A DNA stretch of 64,000 nucleotides. Source: Spirochaetia bacterium (GTDB lineage Bacteria; Spirochaetota; Spirochaetia; SZUA-6; Bin103). The notes beneath the pieces were generated by a model. It made no database searches. It was not told the origin of the DNA and worked only from the letters and a program-made list of their open reading frames with translations. Positions 1 through 10,488 of the stretch are shown here, one piece after another. Numbering within the stretch: position 1 is the first letter of the stretch; every line of letters starts with the position of its first letter. Made by a program: the position numbers and the translations under genes. The stretch lies in assembly GCA_965208575.1 (NCBI GenBank), contig CBDBOV010000006.1, positions 672,001-736,000 on the forward strand. The letters are read 5' to 3'.

Positions 1-14
1 GTGGGCGACCTCGG

Positions 15-2882
15 CTATCCCTCGCCAGAGCCGACCGCTATCGAGCCACCGGAGATTCTCCGGCGGAGCAGCGCTACGGTGTCCATCACCTCCGCAGGCA
101 GCGCCTCAAGCTCTTCACCCAACTCTGCCCGAACGGCATGCCAAAGAGGCTCCATCGTTTCAACCAAACCTGTCTCATGCATTATCGTTTTGACTCGGGC
201 GGCATACCCCGCCGCCGCTGCGCGGATCAATGAGTCCACCACCTCCTGCCCGGCTCTTCCTTTCGCCTGTCCCTCATTCAATCGAAGCGCTTGTTCGAAT
301 CGGTCCAAGCCCTCGTCCCAGTTCCCTCGCCAGCTCAGCACATCGGCCAGCGCATGTAGCGCAATGCGGCTTTCTGGGTCCAAATCGACAGCACGCTTGG
401 CGAACTTCGCGGCCTCTGATGCGCGTCCATCGTCCGCCTGCAGGAATAGGATCCTTGCTCTATATGCCCACGATTCGGCGTGTTCTTGACTGACTTCGGT
501 GGCTGTTTGGAATACACTATCCGCCTCACGGTAGCGCTCCTGTGCAATCAACATGCGTCCACTCAGAGTCAGTGTATCAGATGCCGTAGTCAGCAACGGA
601 GCTGGATCATTATCGTGAACGTACCGCATGACTTTGGGCCACTCTGTCACCGCACTATCGTATCTCCACTGCGATGATTGAGACAACCATTTTCCTCCCA
701 GAGCCACGATAGCAAGTCTACGAATATCCGGGGAGTCGTTGCTAGTAACGTAGTCGAATATCAATTTGCAGCACTCCTCGACATCCTCGAACCTATCTCG
801 CTCACTTAGCCAAACACAGTTTTCTGATAGCCCACGAACAACAGATCCACGAAGTTCTTCGGAATCCTCAACATGTACATAGTTGACGAGACGTCGCCGG
901 ACATTGATAGCCTGTTCGTCGTGCTTGAGTTTGGAAAAAATCACGCTGGCCTGCAGAATAGCTCTTACGGCGACGAGACGATGGGCCGGATGGTCATCTC
1001 TTTGAATGAAATCAAGTACGCGCATCAAAGGTGGGACCGCATCCGCAACATGCTCCGAACGGATGAGCAGGACACTCTTCGTCAAAAACGCGAGACCGAG
1101 GGCGCCACGTACCCAGACCGTCATCTCGTCGGACACGGGACTCTCCGTCACCATTTCGACGACGCGAAAGGCTTCCTTTTTTCTATTGAGGGCCCAGAGA
1201 GCCTCACTTTTCAATACACAAAACAGGATACCCCATGCTGTGTCGGAGCGTTCGCCGGTGTTTCTGAATGCCCCTTCTATCGATAACAGGGCGTCTTCGA
1301 AGCGGCGCTGCCACATCGACACCACTGTAAGCCGGAGCCAGATCACCTCTACTTGGGGCATACGTTCTGCTGCCTTGCGCAAGGTTCTCTCGGCATCAGC
1401 AAGACGACCTTGGTTGATCAGCTCATCGGTTCGGACTATCCATTCGCGTTCCACTTCATCATGCGGCCGACAACGCGCGAATGCTTCTTCGATCTCGCCA
1501 ACAAGTACAGAGTCCCGTCCGAACCGATCAATGATGATCGCCACCGCTTGCTGCCGCCAATCGTCACGGTCTGGAAACTCTCGGTCGGCGGCGACACGCG
1601 GCGCCAGCACACCCAACAGCTCCGAAACATCTCCTGTTTCCAGCACATGACGACGCAGCGAAGTAAGCGCGGCAGAGTACATCATCCGCATGCCGGCGGA
1701 GCCAAACAGGTCGTGAAGAAAGCCCACTAGCCGTTCGAGACGATCACGTCCCGATGATGAGAATCGCAGGAGGTAGTAGATATTGTAGAACCGGTCGCCT
1801 ACTTCGTACCGCGTCCGCTTGCTGTGCGGGAGCTTAATCTCGCGTACGTAGCCCTTCTCTACCAGCTGCTTGAGCTGCGCGCTAGCGTGAGAAGAACTCA
1901 GCTTGGCCGAGGCAGCCACCTCCTTAGCGAGAAGCGGTTTCCATCTTTCCGAAATACAGTGGAATACTTTGCGTGATTGGCCCGGTAAGTCCTCGATCCG
2001 CGCCTTGAAATAGGGGGTCTGTTCGTCGATCAGGCGTTCCAAGTCCTCTACGACTGAACCGAGTGGAGACGCTATCAGCAAGCGGCAGGCAAGACCTAAT
2101 AGCCGTGGGTTGCCACCAGTGAGCTGTCGGATCGTCTCCAGACGACCGTGGTCCATGTGTAGTGCGCCACAAACCATCGGTCTGCCCTCGGAACTCGCCA
2201 CAGCTTCCAAGATCCGGCGAGTTTCCTCTGGTCCGATGCCCTCCAGCTTGAACACGCGAAAGAACTCGTAGAGCGGTTCGCCGTATCCACCGATCGCTTC
2301 GAAGAACGCGTTCGCAGAACCAAGCAGCAGGATTTCGGGACGCTGGATCAGTGTGGCGCGCAGGCTGTGGATCTCCCGCTCATCATGAATCTGGCCGATC
2401 ACGGAGTCGAGGTTCTCGACAAACAGGATCAGCCGCCTGCCACTCCCTCGGCTGAAGTCCATGAGTTCAGCGAGTGCGTATGCAGCGGCGCGTTCCAGAT
2501 CTCCCTCGTCCTTGGTGATCGCCTCTGCTCTTTCTTCCCACCGCGGTTCGCCGGTCGCACGTGTCAGATGGCGTAGCGCATGAATCCAGAAATCGGCGGA
2601 ACTCACGATCCCATAGCTCTCCTCATGGAACGCCACGGGCTGCCAGCAATTGCGCAGGTCCGGGTCGTCCTCGATCGCGTACAGGAACCGCAGACCGAGG
2701 GTCGTCTTCCCCATTCCGCGGGGACCGATGAGCATCATGTGCTGGCAGGGCCCGCCTGCCGCCTGCTCGCGAATGACCCGAAGCAACTCTGCAAGGGTAT
2801 CCGTGCGCGCAACGAACGACTCCTTCAATTCATAGGGAGTGAGGTGGGCCGGGTTGTGGGTGCGGCGCCGGATCACTGCCAT
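15..2882 (-). CDS. STAND/AAA-like ATPase with winged-helix and C-terminal TPR-like repeats (about 955 aa)
   Basis: Walker A GPRGMGKT, Walker B-like LILFVENLD, TGGNPR motif, wHTH (LLAKEVAASAKLSSSHASAQLKQLVEKGYV), helical TPR-like C-terminal half. ATG at 2882 overlaps the upstream stop (TGATG). Confidence 0.8.
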   Translation of the reverse strand: MAVIRRRTHNPAHLTPYELKESFVARTDTLAELLRVIREQAAGGPCQHMMLIGPRGMGKTTLGLRFLYAIEDDPDLRNCWQPVAFHEESYGIVSSADFWIHALRHLTRATGEPRWEERAEAITKDEGDLERAAAYALAELMDFSRGSGRRLILFVENLDSVIGQIHDEREIHSLRATLIQRPEILLLGSANAFFEAIGGYGEPLYEFFRVFKLEGIGPEETRRILEAVASSEGRPMVCGALHMDHGRLETIRQLTGGNPRLLGLACRLLIASPLGSVVEDLERLIDEQTPYFKARIEDLPGQSRKVFHCISERWKPLLAKEVAASAKLSSSHASAQLKQLVEKGYVREIKLPHSKRTRYEVGDRFYNIYYLLRFSSSGRDRLERLVGFLHDLFGSAGMRMMYSAALTSLRRHVLETGDVSELLGVLAPRVAADREFPDRDDWRQQAVAIIIDRFGRDSVLVGEIEEAFARCRPHDEVEREWIVRTDELINQGRLADAERTLRKAAERMPQVEVIWLRLTVVSMWQRRFEDALLSIEGAFRNTGERSDTAWGILFCVLKSEALWALNRKKEAFRVVEMVTESPVSDEMTVWVRGALGLAFLTKSVLLIRSEHVADAVPPLMRVLDFIQRDDHPAHRLVAVRAILQASVIFSKLKHDEQAINVRRRLVNYVHVEDSEELRGSVVRGLSENCVWLSERDRFEDVEECCKLIFDYVTSNDSPDIRRLAIVALGGKWLSQSSQWRYDSAVTEWPKVMRYVHDNDPAPLLTTASDTLTLSGRMLIAQERYREADSVFQTATEVSQEHAESWAYRARILFLQADDGRASEAAKFAKRAVDLDPESRIALHALADVLSWRGNWDEGLDRFEQALRLNEGQAKGRAGQEVVDSLIRAAAAGYAARVKTIMHETGLVETMEPLWHAVRAELGEELEALPAEVMDTVALLRRRISGGSIAVGSGEG

Positions 2883-4091
2883 CAGCCCCTGACGTGGTGT
2901 TTCCGCCACCATACACGGAGCAGGTTTGAGCGGAAGACCAATCGCCGATCGCCTTCAACCACGTATCCGTCAGCCTTCAGGTCGCGCAGTACCGACTGGA
3001 ATGTCGGCTCACTCCCCCTGCTCAGTCGTCCAAGGTCTGACAGGCGAACACCATCGCGGTTCCGACAGGCGAAGCCAAGAATGGAGCGCGCCATCGCGTG
3101 TTCCTGCTCATCTAGTGCAAGTTCAAGGCGCTTCTCGTAGTGGTCCAGGTGGGCGGTCCCGCTCTGTCCAGCGAGTCTCTCGCCGAAACAACGATCGATC
3201 GTTTCCGGCGACACCAGCGATGAGTTCCCTCTACACTCGTCGCAAAGCGTCGAGACGAAGAGTTGCACATGGTACGGAACGGGGTCGACCAGCAGGTCCA
3301 GGATGCGAGCGATTGACTGGTCACCGAGCCGGAAGTCGATGTCGTACCCGAGTTTGTGGAGGAACTGGGCAGCGGTAGAGCGGTCCCACGGGTCGACGCG
3401 GAACGGGACGAGGTCGTTGATCGTTGCCGACAGCCCGGCACGCCGCAGAATTCCCTCCAGTCCAATGGAGCCGCCAACTAACGTGTGGATCGTACCGCGC
3501 ACCCCCGCCGCCTGCCGCCATTGCCGGAGCCGAGAAAGCAGGAGATCGGCTTCGCTGCTTCGGTCGCCATAGCGGAGCATGCGCGAAATCAGAATCGGCA
3601 ACTCGTCCAAGATGATCAGTAGTCTGCGGCCGTCGGGAGCGACACTGATTAGCCGATCCTGTAGCTGAGTCGCGACGCGATCCCACTCGCGGCCGATCGC
3701 CCGTTTGAGTTCCACTCGCAACACGCCGACATCGACGTTGGCCGACATGCCGTCCAGTACACTCTTGATGGCGCCCGAAAATGGGATGGCCTCGAAGCGT
3801 GTTCGATACCGGGAGTCGGCCGCCAACGCGGCAAGCATGGCCGCCACGCAATCTTCCGGGCCGTCACCACCCTCCACGTCGACGTTGATGACGAGCCAGT
3901 TGTTCCTCGGTGACCGGTGGAGTTCCAGCATCAGGCTGGTCTTGCCAACACGCCGGGGTGCGAGCATTAGCCCGAGGTTTGAGAGGCCGTTCTTGTAACT
4001 GTTTACTATTACAGGAATTAGCGTGTTCATGGGTGTAAATCGTGTCCATGTAAATAGTCCTGTGGTTCAGCGTTAATTTTCTCTCATCTGG

Positions 4092-4121
4092 TTGACATGT
4101 AATTATTAAATGATCTACCAT
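4092..4121 (+). promoter_or_regulatory. sigma70-type promoter of the transposase
   Basis: TTGACA (4092-4097), 18-nt spacer, TACCAT (4116-4121), shortly upstream of ATG 4140. Confidence 0.65.
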
Positions 4122-4139
4122 TCCCTCCGTAGGGTGCCC

Positions 4140-5870
4140 ATGTACATCGACACCGTCCCCAACCGCAACTCTCCCCCAGCCGTCCTCCTCCGCGAGTCCT
4201 TCCGCCAGCACGGCAAGGTCAAAAAACGCACCATCGCCAACCTCTCCAAGTGGCCCGATCACCTCGTCGAGGGTTTGCGCGTCCTCCTCAACGGCGGTAT
4301 CGCTCTGCGCTCTCCCAACGAACTGCTCTCCATCTTGCGCAGCTATCCCCACGGCCACGTCGCCGCCGTCCTCGGTTCCCTCCGCAAGCTCTCCCTCCAT
4401 TCCCTCGTCGCTCGTCCCGCCTCCCGTGAACGCGACCTGGTCGTCGCCATGATCGTCGCTCGCGTCGTCGACGCTCGCTCCAAACTCGCCACCGCTCGCG
4501 GCCTGAACCCCGAAAGCGCCGTCTCCTCCCTCGGCCACCTGCTGCAGTTGGGAGCCGTCGACGAGAATGAGCTGTATGCCGCCATGGATTGGCTGCTCGC
4601 TCGCCAGCACGGCATCGAGCAGCGCTTGGCCAAGCGCCATCTGCATGACAACACGCTCATGTTGTACGACCTGACTTCCAGTTACTTCCATGGCCACACC
4701 TGCCCGTTGGCGCGCCGTGGTCACAGCCGCGACGGCAAACGCGGCACCTTGCAGATCGTGTTCGGCCTGCTGTGTACCGCAGACGGCTGTCCCATCGCCG
4801 TCGAGGTATTCGAGGGCTCCACCAGTGACCCCAAGACGGTCGCCGCTCAGGTCGACAAGATTCGCAACCGTTTCGGCTTGCAGCGCGTCGTGCTGGTCGG
4901 CGACCGCGGCATGCTCACCGGCGCGCGCATCCGCGAGGACCTGCAGGGGATCGACGGCCTGCGCTGGATCACGACCCTGCGGGCGCCCACCATCCGCAAG
5001 CTGATCGAGGCCGGCGAAGTGGCGCAGACCATGTTCGACGAGCGTGACCTGGCGGAGATCAGCTCACCCGAGTTCCCCGGCGAGCGGCTGATCGTGTGCC
5101 GCAACCCGATCCTGGCCGAGCAACGGCAGCGCAAGAGGCAGAAGTTGCTGGCCTCCACGGAGGAGGAACTGACGCCGATCGTGACGGCCACGCAGCGCGC
5201 CAAAAAGCCGCTGCGCGGCGCCGCCGCGATCGGCCTGCGGGTGGGCAAGGTGATCAACCACTACAAGGTGGGCAAGCATTTCACCACCACCATCACCGAC
5301 GACTCGTTCTCGTTCGTGCGTGACCTGGACAAGATCGCGGCCGAGGAAGAACTGGACGGGCTCTACATCGTGCGCTCCAACGTGGAGCCGGAGCTGTTCG
5401 ACGCCGAGCAGACGGTGACGGCGTACAAGGATCTGGCCAAGGTGGAGCGCGCCTTCCGCAGCATGAAAACGGTGGATCTGAAGGTGCGACCGATCTATCA
5501 CCGCAGTGCTGACCGGGTGCGGGCGCACGTGTTCCTGTGCATGCTGGCCTACTACGTGGAGTGGCACATGCGCAGCAAGCTGGCGCCGGTGCTGTTCGAC
5601 GACCACGACCGCGCCGCCGGCGAGGCGCTGCGCGAGTCGGTGGTGCAACCGGCGGAACGCTCACCGGCCGCACACCGGAAGGCGGCGAGCAAGCGTACCG
5701 ACGACGGTCTGCCGGTGCACAGCTTTCGCAGCCTGATGAGCGAGTTGGGGACGCTGACGGCCAACCGCGTGCGGATAGTGGATAGCGGCGCCACGTTCAC
5801 CATGCACAGCGAACCGACCGCGCTGCAGCAGCGCTGTTTCGATCTCCTGGAGGTCAGCGCCCAAGTGTAG
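4140..5870 (+). CDS. IS1634-family DDE transposase
   Basis: YDLTSSYF, GHSRDGK, VGDRGM, VERAFRSMK, RVRAHVFLCMLAY motifs; start MYIDTVPNR follows the promoter. Confidence 0.95.
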   Translation: MYIDTVPNRNSPPAVLLRESFRQHGKVKKRTIANLSKWPDHLVEGLRVLLNGGIALRSPNELLSILRSYPHGHVAAVLGSLRKLSLHSLVARPASRERDLVVAMIVARVVDARSKLATARGLNPESAVSSLGHLLQLGAVDENELYAAMDWLLARQHGIEQRLAKRHLHDNTLMLYDLTSSYFHGHTCPLARRGHSRDGKRGTLQIVFGLLCTADGCPIAVEVFEGSTSDPKTVAAQVDKIRNRFGLQRVVLVGDRGMLTGARIREDLQGIDGLRWITTLRAPTIRKLIEAGEVAQTMFDERDLAEISSPEFPGERLIVCRNPILAEQRQRKRQKLLASTEEELTPIVTATQRAKKPLRGAAAIGLRVGKVINHYKVGKHFTTTITDDSFSFVRDLDKIAAEEELDGLYIVRSNVEPELFDAEQTVTAYKDLAKVERAFRSMKTVDLKVRPIYHRSADRVRAHVFLCMLAYYVEWHMRSKLAPVLFDDHDRAAGEALRESVVQPAERSPAAHRKAASKRTDDGLPVHSFRSLMSELGTLTANRVRIVDSGATFTMHSEPTALQQRCFDLLEVSAQV

Positions 5871-6065
5871 CCAGTAACGGACATCGGCTGTTGAGCGCAA
5901 TTTTCAGATCAATAACGAATTAACAAGATTCCCGCTCTGGAACTTCGGATTAGCACGTGCTCGCCTTGGTCGAAGCGCTCCCACAGGCGGGCAAGCTCGT
6001 AGTCTCGCCCGAAGAGGTCGTCGCCTACGACCGCTTGACCGATGATGTTCCTCACTCAAACAAGA

Positions 6066-6116
6066 TATTCGACAATGGATTTTTTGGCAATAGAGTTTTT
6101 GGCAATATTTCTATTG
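6066..6116. promoter_or_regulatory. AT-rich operator-like array upstream of the ATPase operon
   Basis: Three 15-bp-period repeats: TATTCGACAATG (6066), TTTTTGGCAATA (6081), TTTTTGGCAATA (6096); palindrome CAATA-N4-TATTG at 6103-6116. Confidence 0.55.
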
Positions 6117-6169
6117 TTAGATTGGGTATAGGTTTTCCGGTCTGGTCGCCAGCGGCGGCCGGTGCAGGT

Positions 6170-6511
6170 CTACCGGTTGCGGCGGAGGAGGAGGGCGAGG
6201 AGCCAGGCGGGGAGGCTGAGGAGGAGGGCGTAGATGACGATGGCGGCGGGGCCGAGCAGGCCGGCTACCAGGGTGGCGGCGACGGTGGCGACCGCCAGCA
6301 CGGCCATCATGATCCACGCGGCGATGCGGAAGCCCGTGCGGTGCAGCAGGCGGCAGGCGAAGGCGAGCAGCAGGCCGGCGGGGGCGACCGGCAGCAGCGA
6401 CAGCAGCGCCTGCGGCTCGGGCGGGATGCCCAGGCCGCGGATCAGGGCCGAGACGACCACTCCCGCGGGCAGCCACAGGAGGGCGAGCAGGAAGAACAGG
6501 GGGCGCGGCAC
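6170..6511 (-). CDS. small integral membrane protein (about 4 TM helices)
   Basis: 113-aa highly hydrophobic ORF starting 1 nt after the stop of the upstream transporter; probably co-transcribed. Confidence 0.7.
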   Translation of the reverse strand: MPRPLFFLLALLWLPAGVVVSALIRGLGIPPEPQALLSLLPVAPAGLLLAFACRLLHRTGFRIAAWIMMAVLAVATVAATLVAGLLGPAAIVIYALLLSLPAWLLALLLRRNR

Positions 6512-6512
6512 G

Positions 6513-8021
6513 CTAACCGATGCCGAACAGCTTGCCGGCCAGGCCCCAGCCGCTGATGCCGGCGAACGCGAACAGCACCAGCGCCGACAGCACGGCGCCG
6601 GCCAGCATCGGCAGCCGCGTGCGGTAGGCGGGCGGCAGCTTGAAGTTGAGGTACAGCGCCGCCGCCATCATCAGGGCGATCGACAGGTTGGCCAGCACGA
6701 AGCCGGCGATCTGGGTGAGAATGTCGAACGGAACGTCCAGCCACACGATCGAGAAGGTGGTCACCAGCAGGTAGCCGCACACCACCAGCTTGATGCGGTC
6801 GTAGTCCCACGTGCGCCGCGGGCTGATCGCCTGGCCGAACTCCTGCATCACGCGCGCGTAGATCTCCGGGAACGCCTGCAGCGTGCCCCACAGCGCGGCG
6901 ATGATCGCCACGTAGTAGATCCAGATCAGCGAACCGTGGATGTTGCTCCACACGTGGCGCTGCTCGGTGAGCAGGCTCCAGCCGGTGAAGCGGCTCTGCA
7001 GCGGGTACAGCACCGCGGCGCCGGACAGCATGAACGCCGCCGTCACGATGAACAGCACCACCGCCCCCATGCCGACGTCCCAGCGCAGCGGAGCGACGCT
7101 CTTGCGCACCAGCGCCACCTGCTCCGGCTCGTCGGGCAGGTAATCGATCGCCTCGTGCGCGAACGCGTGGCGGCGGAGCGCGTCGATGTCGCGGTGCGCG
7201 GTCATCCCCCAACGCCGGATGCCGACCCAGTTGGCGTACACGACGTAGCCCATCACCGAACCGCCCACGTACGCGAACGCGGTCGCCATGGTGAGCAGCG
7301 GATTGTCCACCGCGTCGCGCGGCGCCCACTCCGGGAACTCCGGCAGTTGCCCGAACCTGAGCGTGCCGAGCAGCGCCTCGCCCAGGTCCGGACGCACGAG
7401 CAGCGTGCCGAGGATCGTGCCGGCGACCAGGATGCTGCAGATCACGATCTGCTGCTTCTCCAGCTTCTCGTACGACAGGCGCAGGCAGAACGCCAGGGCG
7501 AGGAGGATGAACGCGCAGGTGATGAGGTTCTCGTAGACCGGTTCCGGGATCGAGGCCGGCAGCACGCCTTGCAGCAGGTAGTGGAACAGGTCGCCGCACG
7601 GCTTGGCGATCGGCACCCAGGCCAGCGGCGCGCCGATCATCTCCAGCACCACGATGGCGACCAGCAGCCAGCCGCGCGGCCCCGGCAGCCGCACCAGCCG
7701 GTGGCCGATGTGCTCGCCGCTGACCGCGGTGTAGCGGCCAAGCAGGTAGGTGACGAACACGCCCTTGACCACGCAGCTCAGCAGCACCAGCCACAACAGC
7801 CCGTAGCGCGCCCACGCGCCGGCGCGCACCACCACGATCGTCTCGCCGGCGCCGATGCTGACCGAGGCGACGATCGCCGCCGGCCCGAACACGGCCAGCA
7901 GCCCGACCAGCTTGCCGGCGGACCACGGCTGCGCGAACGCTCCTGCCAGCGGCGGCGCGGCGAACTTCCCCGATTCGCGGTCATGGCCCGCCGACCCAGC
8001 CTGACTCATGACGGCGGTCAT
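6513..8021 (-). CDS. Nramp/APC-superfamily membrane transporter
   Basis: FGPAAIVASVSIGAGE N-terminal motif and about 11 TM segments; start uncertain (8021 or 8009). Confidence 0.75.
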   Translation of the reverse strand: MTAVMSQAGSAGHDRESGKFAAPPLAGAFAQPWSAGKLVGLLAVFGPAAIVASVSIGAGETIVVVRAGAWARYGLLWLVLLSCVVKGVFVTYLLGRYTAVSGEHIGHRLVRLPGPRGWLLVAIVVLEMIGAPLAWVPIAKPCGDLFHYLLQGVLPASIPEPVYENLITCAFILLALAFCLRLSYEKLEKQQIVICSILVAGTILGTLLVRPDLGEALLGTLRFGQLPEFPEWAPRDAVDNPLLTMATAFAYVGGSVMGYVVYANWVGIRRWGMTAHRDIDALRRHAFAHEAIDYLPDEPEQVALVRKSVAPLRWDVGMGAVVLFIVTAAFMLSGAAVLYPLQSRFTGWSLLTEQRHVWSNIHGSLIWIYYVAIIAALWGTLQAFPEIYARVMQEFGQAISPRRTWDYDRIKLVVCGYLLVTTFSIVWLDVPFDILTQIAGFVLANLSIALMMAAALYLNFKLPPAYRTRLPMLAGAVLSALVLFAFAGISGWGLAGKLFGIG

Positions 8022-8263
8022 CCTACCACGTGTCCGGCTGTCAACTTCAGCCGCCCCCCGGGCCCCTCGGGCCGCGCTGATCCGGACCACGCCTGCGACG
8101 CGTACGACGGGGCCGCTGCTTGGGCTCATGGCGGCGCGCAGGGTAACCACCCGTGCGGTGTTCGAGCCGCCACGCCGGCAACGCGTTCCGTGGCGGCTGT
8201 GCGGGCTTGTGCGGGCTGCGTGAGTTCACGGGAGCGCGCGGCAAGCGTTATATTGCGGCCACC

Positions 8264-8722
8264 ATGTTGCAGAAAGGCGATCCCGCTCCCGATTTCTCCC
8301 TGAGCGACCAGGACGGCAACGTCCACACCCTCGCCGGCTACCGCGGCCGGAAGCTGCTGATCTACTTCTATCCGCGCGCCGACACCCCCGGCTGCACGCG
8401 CCAGTCGTGCGCCGTGCGCGACGCCCGCGACGACCTGGCCAGCCGCAACCTGGCCGCGGTCGGCGTCAGCCCCGACGTGCCGGAGGATCAGAAGAAGTTC
8501 GACGACAAGTTCGATCTCGGCTTTCCGCTGCTCGCCGACGCCGGACACAAGGTGGCCGAGGCGTACGGCGCGTGGGGCGAGAAGAAGATGTACGGGCGCA
8601 CCTCGATCGGCATCAAGCGCTCCTCGTTCCTGGTCGACGAGCAGGGCACCCTGGAGGGGGTGTGGTACAACGTCCGGCCGGAGGCGACCGTGCCGAAGGC
8701 GCTGCAGCAGGTCGACGGCTGA
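8264..8722 (+). CDS. bcp: thioredoxin-dependent thiol peroxidase (BCP peroxiredoxin)
   Basis: [16 protein letters not shown] active site; [11 protein letters not shown] motif. Confidence 0.92.
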   Translation: MLQKGDPAPDFSLSDQDGNVHTLAGYRGRKLLIYFYPRADTPGCTRQSCAVRDARDDLASRNLAAVGVSPDVPEDQKKFDDKFDLGFPLLADAGHKVAEAYGAWGEKKMYGRTSIGIKRSSFLVDEQGTLEGVWYNVRPEATVPKALQQVDG

Positions 8723-8759
8723 CTCCGCCGGCGCCCCGACCCGATCCCCCGAGCGAGCC

Positions 8760-10424
8760 GTGTCGGCACTGACCGAGTCTCCGGCGTGGCGTGACCTGAC
8801 CGCGCACCGGCGCGCCATGGGCGGCCGCCACATGCGCGAGTTGTTCGAAGCCGACGCCGGCCGCTTCGACCGCTTTTCGCTGCGCTTGGGGGAGATCCTG
8901 TTCGACTACTCCAAGAACCGCATCACCGGCGAGACCCTGGATCTGCTCGTCGCCCTCGCGCGCCAGGCCGGCCTGTCCGCCGCCATCGAGGCGATGTTCG
9001 GCGGCGCCAGGATCAACACCACGGAGCACCGCGCGGTGCTGCACGTGGCGCTGCGCAACCGTTCCAACCGGCCCATCCGGGTGGCCGGCGCCGACGTGAT
9101 GCCGGAGGTGAACCGGGTACTCGGCAAGATGCGCTCATTCAGCGAGCGGATCCGTTCCGGCGCCTGGCGCGGGTTCGGCGGGGATGCGATCACCGACGTG
9201 GTCAACATCGGCATCGGCGGGTCGGATCTCGGCCCGCGGATGGCCGCCGCCGCGCTCACGCCATACGCCGCCGCCCACCTGCGCGTACACTTCGTCTCCA
9301 ACGTCGACGGCACCGACATCAGCGAGACGCTGCAGGCGCTCGACCCCGCCACTACGCTGTTTCTGATCGCCTCCAAGACCTTCACCACCGAAGAGACGAT
9401 GACCAACGCCGCCTCGGCGCGCGCGTGGCTGCTGCAGGCCGCACCGGACGAGAGCGCGATCGCCCGCCACTTCGCCGCCCTGTCCACCAACACCAAGGCG
9501 GTGGCCGCGTTCGGCATCGACACCGACAACATGTTCGAGTTCTGGGACTGGGTCGGCGGGCGCTACTCGCTGTGGTCGGCAATCGGCCTGCCGATCGCCA
9601 TCGCCATCGGCATGGACCGGTTTGAGGAGCTGCTCGCCGGCGCCCACGAGGCGGACGAGCACTTCCGCGGCACCCCGCCCGAGCGCAACATCCCGGTGAT
9701 CATGGCGCTGCTCGGCATCTGGTACCGCGACTTCTTCGGCGCCCGGACGCACGCCATCCTGCCCTACGACCAGTATATGCGCCACTTCGCCGACTACCTG
9801 CAGCAGGGCGACATGGAGAGCAACGGCAAGAGCGTCGACAAGGCCGGGGGCGCGGTCGACTACGGCACCGGGCCGGTGATTTGGGGCCAGCCGGGCACCA
9901 ACGGCCAGCACGCCTTCTACCAGCTCATCCACCAGGGTACGGACCTGGTGCCGTGCGACTTCCTGGCGCCGGCGCGGAGCCACAACCCGCTCGGCCGCCA
10001 CCACGACATCCTCATCGCCAACTTCCTGGCCCAGACCGAGGCGCTGATGCGCGGCCGAACCACCACCGAGGCGCGTGCCGAGCTGGCCGACGCGGGCGTG
10101 TCGGGACCGGACCTGGAGGTGCTCGCCGCCGCCAAGACGTTCGCCGGCAACCGGCCGACCAACACGTTCCTGTTTCGGCAGCTCACCCCGGCCACCCTGG
10201 GCGCGCTCATCGCCTGCTACGAGCACAAGATCTTCACCCAGGGCGTGATCTGGAACATCAACTCCTTCGACCAGATGGGCGTGGAACTCGGCAAGCAACT
10301 GGCCGCGGCCATCCTGCCGGCGCTGACCGGCGGCGCCCCGCAAGCCGGCCGCGCCGCCGGCCACGATTCGTCGACCGGCGGCCTGATCCGCGCCTACCGG
10401 CAGCTTCGCGGTGAAGGCGCATAG
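8760..10424 (+). CDS. pgi: glucose-6-phosphate isomerase
   Basis: [49 protein letters not shown] motifs. Confidence 0.98.
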   Translation: MSALTESPAWRDLTAHRRAMGGRHMRELFEADAGRFDRFSLRLGEILFDYSKNRITGETLDLLVALARQAGLSAAIEAMFGGARINTTEHRAVLHVALRNRSNRPIRVAGADVMPEVNRVLGKMRSFSERIRSGAWRGFGGDAITDVVNIGIGGSDLGPRMAAAALTPYAAAHLRVHFVSNVDGTDISETLQALDPATTLFLIASKTFTTEETMTNAASARAWLLQAAPDESAIARHFAALSTNTKAVAAFGIDTDNMFEFWDWVGGRYSLWSAIGLPIAIAIGMDRFEELLAGAHEADEHFRGTPPERNIPVIMALLGIWYRDFFGARTHAILPYDQYMRHFADYLQQGDMESNGKSVDKAGGAVDYGTGPVIWGQPGTNGQHAFYQLIHQGTDLVPCDFLAPARSHNPLGRHHDILIANFLAQTEALMRGRTTTEARAELADAGVSGPDLEVLAAAKTFAGNRPTNTFLFRQLTPATLGALIACYEHKIFTQGVIWNINSFDQMGVELGKQLAAAILPALTGGAPQAGRAAGHDSSTGGLIRAYRQLRGEGA

Positions 10425-10488
10425 GGCGGGGGATCGGCGCCAGATCGCGATCCTGGAACGCGTCACGACCACGGGAGGAACCAGTATC

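Larger units (their letters stand above)
3972..5948 (+). mobile_element. IS1634-family insertion sequence, copy 1 (1977 bp)
   Basis: Ends CCGAGGTTT...AACTTCGG (imperfect inverted repeat); 6-bp direct repeat ATTAGC at 3966-3971 and 5949-5954; near-identical copy at 24086-26062. Confidence 0.95.
2882..6055 (-). pseudogene. P-loop ATPase (archaeal-ATPase/AAA-like, C-terminal wHTH) interrupted by IS1634
   Basis: 5' part 6055-5949 reads MRNIIGQAVVGDDLFGRDYELARLWERFDQGEHVL. It joins in frame, after removing the IS and one ATTAGC copy, to MLAPRRVGKTS (Walker A) ... LIILDELP (Walker B) in 3971-2882. Confidence 0.9.
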
